From Mustelus asterias (taxonomy: Eukaryota): a stretch of 64,000 nucleotides of DNA. Location: the NCBI RefSeq assembly GCF_964213995.1, contig NC_135815.1, positions 42,222,001-42,286,000 on the forward strand, read 5' to 3'. Of the stretch, positions 24,800 to 36,685 are shown piece after piece. Both the position numbers and the translations under genes were made by a program. Below the pieces are notes generated by a model. That model had not been told where the DNA came from. It saw only the letters and a list, made by a program, of their open reading frames with translations, and searched no databases. Positions within the stretch are counted from its first letter, which is position 1. Every line of letters begins with the position of its first letter.

Positions 24800-25300
24800 A
24801 GCTGCTATTAAATCTGTCTTGTTCCTGGTCCGGACTACTCTTCCTGCTGTCCTGTTCCTTTGCATAACATGATCCCATTCTGATCCACCTTTCTCCTTGG
24901 GAATGCCTTTCTCCAGGACATAGTTATGGAGAACAGAATAAAACACAAACATTCTTGAGACTCTGCTAGCTGTAAACTGCAAAATATCAACAGAATGACC
25001 CCTTTTTACTGTGCCAATGATATGCTCTATGACGCAAGTCCTGGAATGGGGCTCATTAGACTTTTTCAGCTGTTGTGGGCATCTGAACAAATATAAATGA
25101 ACTGTGGATGATGGGGAAAGTCCCTGTCTTCCTAAACAAATCCAATTCTTCTAAATGTGGAATACCTTAGCAAAACTGAGTCAGAACAGTGGCTGGATAA
25201 GTCTGCAAAATTTATAAAACCATAAAACATTCTAAAGTTATGTCAGTCATGCCAAAATTTATGAATCTTGAAGGCACCTGCACCTGTTGGCCTTATCTTT
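24800..25300 (-). mobile_element. Harbinger (HARBI1-like) transposase remnant
   Basis: ORF 24767..25090: HSRTCVIEHIIGTVK...SRVSRMFVFYSVLHNY resembles the Harbinger DDE C-terminus (H..TR..IE..IG.LK...C..LHN). Confidence 0.6.
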
Positions 25301-25729
25301 CAGGTTTGATCGAGGTTGTGGATTTGCAGTGCAACTTATAGATGGTAAACACTATCGCTACAAGGTGTTTGGTGTGGGGTGGTAGAGGGAGGAGAGAGGA
25401 GAGTGAATGTTTAAGGCAGTGGATGAGTTGCCAATCAAATGGTCTATTTTGTCATGAATGGGATGAAGTTTCGTGTGTATTATGGGACTTGTACCCATTG
25501 AGGCAAGTGGAGAGTGTTCCATCATACTTGTGACTTGCAGGTGGTGCACAGTGTTTGGGGAGTCAGGAGGTGAGTTATTCACCATACAATATTCATGTCG
25601 CTAGCTCTTGTCGCGATATTGTAGCTAGTCCAGTTAAGTTTTTTAGAGCGATGGGAACCTGAGGGTAGATGAGTCGGGACAACTTCAGAGCAGAGAACGG
25701 GAGGCAGAAAATTAGACAGTGACTCTCAA

Positions 25730-27350
25730 AGACAGAAAAAGGAATTTAAAAAATCAAGAATTTGGCAATGTTAAAAGATATTTATTTTAAATACAAGGAA
25801 TATAGCAATAAAGCCGATGAGTTGAGGCCACAGATACACAAGACCATGATATCACTGCTATAGCAGAAACTTGGCTTAGAGAAGCCAAAAGTAGCAGCTC
25901 AACATTCCTGGCTTATATGGTTTCAGGCAAGATAGAGAGGGGGATGAAAAACATAGGGATGTAGCATTATTGGTTAAAGAATCAATTGCAGCTATGAGAA
26001 GGGAGAATATAGTAAATCATCAAATAAGGCTATATGTATTGAACTCAGAAATAAAACGGGATAGACACCGTAATAGCAGTCTACTGAAGAACCCCCAAAT
26101 AGTGAGAGGGAGTTAGGAAAGTAGATATGTCAGCAAATTTGAGTGCGTAAACAAGAGACCAGTAATCATTGGAGACTTCAACTACCCTAATTTCAATTTG
26201 GATACGAACAGTGCAATAGGCACAGTGGGCACAAAATTCTTGAACTGCATCCAAAATAACTTTTTTTAGCCTGCATGTAACAAGCCCAACAGGAAGCACA
26301 ATTCTGGATTTAGTCTTAGGAAATGAAGCTGGGCAAGTGGATAAACTAGCAATGGGGGACCATTATGGAGATAGTGACCATAGTAGAGTTAGATTTAGCA
26401 TCATTATGCAAAAGAACAAAGATAGAACTGGAGTAAAAGTTCAACATTGGGGAAAGACAAACTTTACAAAGCTGAGAGGTGAGCTGGCAAGAGTGGACTG
26501 GTTATAGCTACGTAAAAGGAAATTGGTGACAAACCAGTAGTAGGCATTCAAAAGCGAGATTCTACAGTGTAGACATATGCCTACAAAGTATAAGGGTGGT
26601 CCTGCCAAAGCTGGAGCCCCCGGTTATCTTGAAGTATACAAGGTAAGATGAAGCAGAAAAAGCAAGCTGATGATGGTCACAAAATAATTAATACTATAAA
26701 AACCCTAGCTGAGTATAGAAAGTACAAGGGTGAAGTAAAAAATATTAGGAGAGTTGAGAGAATATGTAAAAATATTGACAAGTAAAATTAATGAAAATCC
26801 AAAGATGGGTTGCCAGTACATTAAGAGCAAGAGAATAACTCAAGAAAAGATAGAGATGTACATGGTAACTTGTGCATTGATGCTGTGGATGTGGGCAAGG
26901 TTCTCGATGAGTACTTTATCTCTTTCTTCACAGAGAGCTGATGCAGATATTTTAGTTAAAGGAGTGTGAAATATTAGATATAATAAGCATAGTGAGAGAG
27001 GAAGTATTGGAAGGACTGACATCTTTGAAGGTGGATTAATCACCAGGGCCAAATGGATTGTATCCCAGGCTGTTCAAGGAAGCCAGGGAGGAATTAGCCA
27101 ATGGTCTGAGAATCATTTTCCAATCCTCACTGCTACATTTGAGGTCCCAGAGGATTGGAAGTCTGCAAATGTTGTACAATTATTTAAAAAGGATATGAGG
27201 GATAAGTCAGAAAATTATAGGTCAGTCAGTCTGACTTCTGTGGTGGGCAAATTATTGGAAGCAATCCTGAGACAGGATAAACGGTCACCGAAAAAGGCAC
27301 AGATTATCAGGGATAGTCAGCATAGTTTTGTTGAGGGAACATTGTGTTTT
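25730..27350 (+). mobile_element. Degraded CR1 LINE (endonuclease to RT)
   Basis: GDFNYP (26171), SDH, PEDWKSANVV...ENYRSVSLTSVVGK motifs in broken frames. Confidence 0.8.
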
Positions 27351-28550
27351 TAATCAGGAGTGTCTTAAACAAAGATAGAGAGACAGAGAGTTTAGGGAGG
27401 GAAGTCCAGTGCTGAAGACCTTAGGCATAGCTGTCGGTGATGGAATGATTAAAATCAGGAATGTGCAAGAGTCCAAAATTGGGGAAGCACAGAGATCTTG
27501 GGTGGGTTGAAGAGCTGGAGGAACTTAGAGGTAGGGAGGAGTCAGGCCAAAGAGAGATTTATGAACAAGGTTGAGAGTTTTTATATCACAACATTGTAGA
27601 GTGGGAACCAGTGTGGGTTAATGAGTACAGGGTGAATGGAATTTAGATCGACTTAGGAAACAGGCTGCAGTTTTGGATTCGCTCAAGTTCATGGAGGGTG
27701 CAAGGTAAGAGATTAACCACGGGAATGATTTGAACATCTAAAAAGTTGTTGGAAAAGGGACAAACTAAGAAGGTGGCTTTTCAAAAAATGTGTACTGAAG
27801 CCCAAACTGATATACTACCCACAATATGTTCTACTGCCAACATACTGTAGGGTGGGACATTGCAATTTTGTATTTTTAATCATTATCACATGATTTTTGT
27901 GCACGCATGCTATACATGTGAAGATTCCAGTCCATCTAATACAACCTACTTCTTCATCTGAGTGTTCTATTTATTCTCAGGAAACAGGCTCTTCCTAAGT
28001 TCAGTCACAACCATTGCCAGTACAGACTCGGGAGCCTTATTTCCTAAAAGGCAATAACCATAAAATATATGATCACATTATACAATCCTTCCTTGTTAAG
28101 ACTGTTGTGCTAAACTGCTTTTTAAAAAAATCATTAATCATGATCAGAATGGTGACCAAGCAGCTGAGTAATTGTATGGCATACATAAACTTTAGGTAAT
28201 AGTTCTGCTTGAAAAAGAACACTGTCAAAAGGTCTAAATTAGAACTCTTCCTCCCCTCCCGGATGCCTTCTAAACACATGATGAGAAGGCATTGGGAACA
28301 GATGGCATGTAGGTAAATACCAGGTGTTTCTCTAAAGACCTGAATGCAGGGCCGCAAAAGGTTTAATGGCTTCACCAGTGATTAAAATCAATAAATGCAA
28401 GTTCAATTGCCATTTCCTACAAACTGCATCACTAACCTCAGCCACTACTAAATTCAACATACTCCAATCACTCATCTACCATCCATTTCTATCAGAATTC
28501 ATATAATTATTAACATCCTTCACCTCACTTAGCACTGTGTAAGTCTCACA

Positions 28551-28834
28551 GCGTAAGAGTTTTAACAACACCAGGTTAAAGTCCAACAGGTTTATTTGGT
28601 AGCAAATGCCATTAGCTTTCGGAGCCCTGCTCCTTCGTCAGATGGAGTGGATATCTGCTCTCAAACAAGGCACACAGACGCCTTGTTTGTGAGCAGATAC
28701 CCACTCCATCTGACGAAGGAGCAGGGCTCCGAAAGCTAATGGCATTTGCTACCAAATAAACCTGTTGGACTTTAACCTGGAGTTGTTAAAACTCTTACTG
28801 TGTTTACCCCAGTCCAACGCCAGCGTCTCCACAT
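28551..28834. mobile_element. Palindromic Penelope-like element fragment with hammerhead motifs (copy 4, opposite orientation)
   Basis: About 120-bp inverted arms; core CCAT-CTGACGA-A-GGAGCaggGCTCC-GAAAGCTA-ATGG (28706-28742 and opposite arm); TSD TAAGTCTCACA at 28540-28550 and 28835-28845. Confidence 0.85.
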
Positions 28835-28966
28835 TAAGTCTCACACCCACATCTCATGCCTTACATACATGCTTGCTGTTCAACCATGTTGGCCATATTG
28901 CCTAAACAGATTGCACAATACTCACTAACACATTTCCCTGTCTCCTGCAGAAGATGGCCCACAACC

Positions 28967-29064
28967 TGTTAATCCATGGAACAAAAATAATTGTTTGACC
29001 AATAATTTTAACTAATTCAAAAAGACAGCAGTACAAGAGGTGAATGGCACAGCCACAAAAAAAA
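28967..29064 (+). repeat. ~98-bp direct duplicate of 30822-30919
   Basis: Identical by eye from TGTTAATCCATGGAAC to the A-run. Confidence 0.9.
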
Positions 29065-31409
29065 ACAGATGGCAAGAATCAACTGGAGAGGGCAGGTGAG
29101 CCTAAACCCCATGCTGGCTAGAAAGTTGCTTCTGACATGAAGCTGTGGCCAGCAGCGAAGCTGTGGCCAGCAGCAACGCTGAATCCATTGAAGATGAAAG
29201 TGTCCTCATACCCAATCATCCTTCTCATATCCCACTTTCCTCACATCCCACAATCTTTTATGACTTACTAAGCCCTTCTTACTTTCCCTTCTCCCCTCAC
29301 CACAACCTTTCCCTTATCCATCTTTACTTATACTCAGGAACTGATAGCTGGTTAGACAGTCAAGAAAGACCTAGAAGACAGTGATGATAAAGATAAACCA
29401 TCACAATTTCATACTCAGCATCTAGCATGGATATTGACATTGCAGATAACTTAGAGGTAGCTTACAGGTGGGATCTGCATGTGGTGAGACATTGATCTCA
29501 AGTGTGCTGCAGCAGCTAAGTTCGTTGCAACTGTCTGCTCATTGAAGGATGTTGCATATAAGTTCTGTTGAGAGGACCCAAATAAAGGGTGCACTCTTAC
29601 TGGCTCGCTGTGCCGGTTGTTCAGCGTGACAAGCTGGGAAGATAGCGTTACGAGGCCAAAAATCCGATTAGTGCGAATCGGTCTAGTTTCTTCCAGGCCC
29701 TGTTTTTGCAGCGAGAATGGCTTTGCACCGAAAAAGGGAGACATGCATTTAAAATAATTGGCAGAAGGGCTTGAGGGAATTTGGATCATTTTTTTCATCC
29801 AGAGTGTGGTGAGGTTTGGAACTCACAGACAGAAGGGGTGTAAAAGATTCTTGGATATGCAATTAAAGTGCCATATCCCCAACAAGGCTATGGTCTAAGA
29901 GAAAAGTGGAATTAGGATAAGACATCTTCTGGCTGGCACAAATGACCTCCTCTGTGCTGTGCATTTCTATAATATTGCGAAATCAGATACAAAGTATATA
30001 ATATATCTGCTGTTTCCTTATTCCCCATTCTCATTTCTCCAGTCTCAGCTCTACTCTCTTTTTTACATACTTGTAGAGGTTCCAAAATCTGTTTTTATAA
30101 TAATTCTTCTTTACTCGAGCGAGAGGAGTAGCAATTGATAAAATCAGACCTAACAATGGGGCTGCAGCAGAGTAAGAGAAACTGTGGGAAATAAAAGCAG
30201 TTGCAAGACCAGAACTGCAGGTCTTGAGCAAGAACGTGAGTGGAACGGCACTAAATAAAGGAGGCTTGAGAAGGGGAGAGTAAGAGAGCTGGTATAAATA
30301 TAACCAGGTCCAAGAGTGGAGCAGAGGTGAGGGGAAGACAGGAGGCGTGGGGGGGCGAAGTAAGTTGGATGTAAGTAATGCTTTCACTCATTAATATGTT
30401 TGCCGGCAAAAAGTAATGGACTTATTTCAACAAAACTTACTACACAAAGTGTGCAGCCCAAGGAAGAATGTATTCGTTTTTTGGCAAAGATGTTGCAGAT
30501 TTGGATCGTGGAATCTTTTAAAGGATCCATTAATATTGGAGATAGGACAAGTTGACGGTTTCAAAAAAAAGTTGATTGTGACAGTGGCTGTGGTGGAATT
30601 TGTCTCAGATATTAGAATGTGAGCAGGATTTTCAGAGCAGATTGTTAGATGTTGATTGGTCTCAAGCCTCCTTAACAGCGTGGAAGCTCTTAAAAAGTTT
30701 CTTTTTCTTCAGTTTTGTAGTTAGAGCATAAACCAGGCAGGCAAAAGCCTCATTGGAGAGGTATTTAATGGTAATAACATTGAGTTAATGCAACATGTAT
30801 GCACTCTGTGTTCTCTTCACTTGTTAATCCATGGAACAAAAATAATTGTTTGACCAATAATTTTAACTAATTCAAAAAGACAGCAGTACAAGAGGTGAAT
30901 GGCACAGCCACAAAAAAAATCAGTGATATGACAGCATAAGAGATGGTGAAGGAAAATTTACGAATAAACATTTAAGCTTATTTGCATATAGCAGGTTAAA
31001 TGTGTGCAGATAAAGAGGGAATGGGTGACCACGGACAGGCAGGAAGGACCAAGCTGTTAGTCCCAAGTGCATTTCACTCACCAACCTGTATTCAGTTTTG
31101 AGGACTGATGAGTGATGGTTCCTCAGAGGAGTACAGTGAGAGCCAAGTCCATGGCACCACAGCTCACTCAGCTATCGAGGGGCAGGAGGAAGACTGGAAA
31201 AGCAACAGAGAGAGAGATTCTATAATTAGAAGAACAGACATGTTTCTGTTTCGCAGATCTGATTCCAGGATGGTTATATTGTCATACAAGGGCCAAGGAT
31301 GTCACAGTGGCGTTGCAGTGTATTATGAAGGGGGTGAATAGCCTGACATTATGATTCACATTATTGCAATGACATGAGTAAAGAAATGAGATCTTGCAGG
31401 AGGACTTTG

Positions 31410-31662
31410 GGGAACTTGTGAGGAGACTAGCCAGCAGGTTCTCAAACCTTTGGATTACACCTCATGCAATTTGCTCACAAATATAAATAGGATAAAGCAG
31501 ATCATTGTGGGACTGGAAAAAGGGTGGACAGGTTGCATCTGAATCTGCTGGAGGGAAAGAGAATGACGTTAAAATAGCTTAGTAGGCAGATAGGAACTAG
31601 GATGTAACATTAGAGAGGAACACAAAACGCACAAAGGATTGGGACAGACAGATAGCATGATT
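31410..31662 (+). repeat. ~250-bp direct duplicate of 33517-33768 (within a decayed CR1 ORF1-like region)
   Basis: Shared GGGAACTTGTGAGGAGACTAGCCAGCA...GACAGATAGCATGATT with several substitutions and indels. Confidence 0.85.
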
Positions 31663-32319
31663 CTATGAAGTAGTAAGGTATTAGTTGGGGGTCAGAGTAA
31701 GAAAGAATTCAAGTAGTTTGAAATCACATGGTAAGGAAGGTGTGAGCTGCAGATAGCCACTTGGAAATGAAGACCTTACTCAAAAAGGGCAGGACACTAT
31801 TTATGGTTAGATGCTATTGATTGAATTGGATGATCAGCCATGATCATAATGAATAGTGGAACAGGCTTGAAGGGCCAAAGAGGCAGAGCACACCCGAATG
31901 GCCTCTTCCTGCTACTATTTTTTACATTTCTATATTCAGGAAGAATGGAAGGCAGGTGATAATATTGATTTAAAATAATATTGCATTGCTTCAGCTAATT
32001 CTGTTGCACTTTACACAATATAGGTTAAAGAAACTTGAGATTTAGAAAAAGAGATTTTATATAAAAAGCACTAATCACAATTTCCAGACATTTCAAAACA
32101 CTTGGAAATGCTTGTTGTAGAGAAATACGGCAGCCAATGTATATACTGCAAAGTTCAAACACTGACTATAGAAACAATAATTAAATCAGTTTATGAAGTT
32201 GGGAACTACTTAAAAGAGAAGGATGATGGAAGTGTTGCAATTGGACAAATTTCTTGTTTTTACCTTTCACTGCGCCAGTCTCAACATTCAATGGATCCTG
32301 TTATTTTTGTCATCTACAG

Positions 32320-32725
32320 GTGATGCCACCATCAGATTGTCCCTCCCCTTTGTGTCCCAAAGTGTTCCTTCTGCTACTCCTCAAATCATTCTCCTCTCCT
32401 TCCCACAGCGACTTCCTTTGCAAGTGCAGGAGATGCAACACCAACCCTTTGACATTCTTTGTCATGGTCAAGGGTCACAATTACTGTTCCCAAATGAAAC
32501 AGATTTACTTGCATTGTCAATTTAGTATATTGTGTTCCCTGCCTCCGCTGTGGTTTTCTTTATAAATGGGTGGACCAAACACAGATTCGGCGATCACTGG
32601 TGGAACACCTCTGCTCAGTCCATAAAAACATGCTGGTCTTCCTGCTGCCTGTCCATTTTCATTCTCCATCCCACATTAACTTCCTCTTCCAGCACTGTTC
32701 CAATGAAGCTCATGTTCAGTATTTA
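32320..32725 (+). mobile_element. Penelope-like GIY-YIG endonuclease remnant
   Basis: Fragments CKCRRCNT, GWTKHRFGDH, EHLCSVHK, HFHSPSH across frames resemble the PLE Cys linker plus GIY-YIG domain (YIGETKRRLGDRFAEHLRSV). Confidence 0.7.
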
Positions 32726-35700
32726 ATCTTGCTTGAAATGGAGGAGTTAAAACCTGACACTCCATTTCATTAACACATTTTTGGGTTCAGAAAAATTTCA
32801 TGTTCACCGCCTGTCACAGACACCAGCCAAAGGAGTAGTTAAAGAATCCTGGAAACTTATGCCAGACTAGGGAGCTGTATGTAGCATTTTCACCAACCAT
32901 AAAGAATCTCATCCAACAATCAGATGTTAAATGACTGCCAGAGATCTCAATTGTACTTGAGACAGTTTATCATGTGAGGAATTAAAGGCAAGTCTGGCCT
33001 TCATTTCTTAGGCAGCAGGTTTATTGCAGACAAGGGAAAACCTTTCGTGGTATAATTTGATCTCTTGACTACTGGCAGGAAGATGAATGTACTTGCATTA
33101 ATAACATACCTTTCACATACTCAAAGTCCAAAACACTGTGGCTATCTAAAATAGGACCTTAGTTTCAAAGTGACTAATTATATGCAGCACAGGTCCTGGA
33201 TTATACTCTCATGCCAGACTCTACCCCCATGTCACCTCTGCTTGGTCAGTTCGCCCTGCTTTACTTTTTCAGGTGACAACCTTTCAATCAGCATTATACT
33301 CTTATTAGTCTGCAGCTCCCAAGAGGAAGTCCTGTCTCATAGAGCTGCCAGTCGGTCAGTAGCTCTGTACCAACACCAGGGTGTGATCACTGCCAGTATT
33401 GCAGGAGGAAGAGGAAATATGGATGCCCCCAAACCCTAGCAAATCTGGGATCCCACCAGGGCTGGGTTAGGGTGGTTGCAGGGAGGCAAAAAGAGTGGGA
33501 CCCTTCGATTGGCACAGGGAACTTGTGAGGAGACTAGCCAGCAAGTCCTCAAAGGTTGTAATCTTTGGATTACACCTCATGCAATTTGCTCACAAATATA
33601 AATAGGATAAAGCAGATTATGTGGCTGGAAAAAGGGTGGACAGGTTGCATGTGAACCTGCTGGGGGGGAAAGGGAATGGCATTAAAATAGCTTAGCAGGC
33701 AAATAGGAACTAGGATGTAACATTAGAGAGGAACACACAAAGGATTGGAACAGACAGATAGCATGATTTTTTCCACTCCCCCCTTTCTACTCATCAGCAG
33801 CCCATAGAGTTAAACTTGTCAGGCTACATAGTTGGCAAAGGCCTCTTCCACTGCCCATTAAATCAGAGCATCAATTGGATGAGGCCTTTAATTATGTATT
33901 AATTGCTCATTCCACAGGCAGGCAGCCCAACCAACACCTCCCCTTTCACCCATGGCACAGTTCTGTAATTTACAGGTCTACCTCTTATTTATCCACCTTC
34001 AGGGGGCCTGCAAAGATCAGTCCAGAAAGTCCATCTTTTGGACTGTTGGTTCAGAAAGGAATGTTGTCCTAGACCCCAGGATAACTTCTGTTCTACACAG
34101 AACATCAGGGTTTTTTTTCCATGTACTTGCAAACAGGATTTAACGTTGCAGTACCTCTGCCAATCCTGCATTCTCAGCATGTGCTGCAGTGTTATCTTCA
34201 TATCCAAAGCTACCATTAAACCAAGCTGTCACAATTGACATTAGGCTTATTCCAATCACTGAACTGTATATTTTGTTCTATTAATTAAGGAAACATTTTA
34301 ATAAACAGCAGGATATTTACCATAAGAGTTAAGCCCCTGGTAGTATTTCAGAGGTCAGAAACTTGATCAGGTAACAGATTTGAACCTTTGGTAGATTCTA
34401 TGAGGACTTATTTGAGACAACCTTCATCTGCCCCAATGTTCCCTGATAAGAATTTGAATATACCATTGCAGAGGGCATTTAAAAATCTGAAGTCACATGT
34501 AGGCCAAACCACGCAAGGATAGCAGATTTCCTTCCCTAAAAGGAAATGACTCAGATGGGATTTTATGACCATCGACAATAGTTTCATGTCATCATTAGAT
34601 TTTTAATTCCAGATTTTTAGTTTCTATGGAATTCAAATTCCATAGAAATTTGATCTGTGGTGAGATTCAACCCCAGATCTTCAGCGCATTACCCTAGCTA
34701 TCTGGATTACTCATCCAAAGGCAATACCACTATCCCACTGCTTCCCCTCATGTAAAGCCACTTTTGAATGATCTGCTTTCTAAAAGCTGGAACATAGTGA
34801 TATTGCTCCTGTTCTTCCTCTATTGCCTGCATTCCTTAATGTCCAAGAGACAGCAGTAGTACATTATTAAGAAGGTGCATGGCATCTAACAGACCAATTG
34901 CAAAGCTGGGTATGGTCAGACCTAGTGTTTAAACTGCAGAAGTGTTGATTTAAACACACCAAAATCTGCTTTATTATGTTTCTGGTGGTAGCACAGCTTT
35001 TGTGGATGGAGAGCTCTGCAGCTGCAGCTTGGTTCCGGATAGCAGCTGTAACTAAAGGCAATTTTACTTTCTAGTCAGTGATGTTACAGCCTAGTTGTAA
35101 TAAAGGCAACCCAAGATACTGGCACAGAATGAATAAATCGTGGTTACTGCAGTAAGCAGACTTGCACCATGTTCTGCTTGTGATCACAAACAAGCTAGGC
35201 ATTGATTAAGTGCATCCCTTTCTATTAAGAAAAATGCTAGGATATTAATGGAAGACAATACAAAGCAACATGTACTTCAAGCGCTTTGATTAATTCAGTA
35301 CTGCAGCATTGAATGGAGAAAGCACTACATATTTTGGAAGCAGAGCCTTGCTTCAAGCTGCAGGGTACAAATTTAACCAAACTTCATGGAGAAAGAAATC
35401 AATTAAAACCTTGTAATTACTTTGAGGGGATCAATGCAAGCTGCAACTTTAATTTGCAATTTAAAATAAAACTGCTCGAGAAAATGAAACACTGAAACAA
35501 TTATACCTCAGGGATTACGCAGTAAAAATACTGCTGACAATTCGATGATAAGCTTGAGTTGCAACATTTTTTACAGCATCAGTAAGTTAACCTTTATGTA
35601 CAATAGATAGGAACATAATTAATAAAACAATTCTGAAAAGTTAGAGTAACATAATGAAAGTAATGGTAAAACACTGTCAAGTTAATAGGCTTGGAGAATG

Positions 35701-36628
35701 GCAGTGAAGTTCAACTGCTCAATGTAAATAAACTACTGTTTTGACTTAAGAAAATCATCAATGTACCTCCCCAGCATCATCATTTCATATCACGATTACA
35801 CCGCCTTGACGCTCAAAATATAACCCATTCCTTGCAACTTTTTAAACTCCACACACATTCATGTAATAATAAGAAGAAATCCTTATGCATTCTCAAAATA
35901 AAGATGGTAAAATCTATATAAACTATGCAAATAATTTAGCTACAGCTAGGTGTCTGTATTTAAACAAAAATACATTTAAGGACATGAAGCAACAAATGTT
36001 GAAATATGCGGAGCAAAGTTTCAAGAACAATAGGGTTAAAACTGACCAGTAACACCACCAGTTTATGCACATAGTTGCAATTCAGTGTTTTTGAAAGGTA
36101 ATACAAGATTTTTAAAGAGAGAATAAAGTGATGTTGGAAATTGCTGTTTAAAATTCAAATGGAATCACATCTTTTGCAGGAAAGTAAACAAAGTGGTTAT
36201 TTCAGTAGTTAACCATTGATTAGTTAAATGCAGGAATTCTGCTTTCACTTGTCCTTTATTTTCTGCAAGTTGCTCATTTCCCAATATGGAAAGATGAATT
36301 GGTTTTTCCATTATAAACATACAGAAAAATCCACTGGCCTTCTCTATGTAGACCAATACTCAAGATAACGCCTCAGATCTATAGTACAGTGTTCCATTAC
36401 CAATATATATTTTATTGCACCAGAATTTGAATTGTTACCTAGCAAGGAGGAGGTTTTTTTAAAAATCCAGTTTAACTGATAAACTAATTGAAAGAACTAC
36501 ACATCACAGATGGCACACAGATGAACAACTGCACAATGAAGGCAAGTGTTCCATCAAGAATGCTGCAAGGTCATAATGCAGCATCAATTTAAGTCAATAA
36601 TTTGTCCATTCTCAGCAGAACAACCTGG

Positions 36629-36685
36629 TCAGTCAGATGGCTTTTGCTGAAAATATGAAGAAATCTTGCGCATTGAAGCTGGAGT
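36629..36685 (-). CDS. DTL: DTL exon 15 (last coding; PIP-box tail)
   Basis: TPASMRKISSYFQQKPSD-stop; compare human TPSSMRKICTYFHRK. Confidence 0.9.
   Translation of the reverse strand, partial: TPASMRKISSYFQQKPSD

Noticed and set aside
35500-36628. DTL polyadenylation site
   Set aside because: Several minus-strand AATAAA candidates (e.g. 36255-36260, 36411-36416); cannot choose without transcript data.
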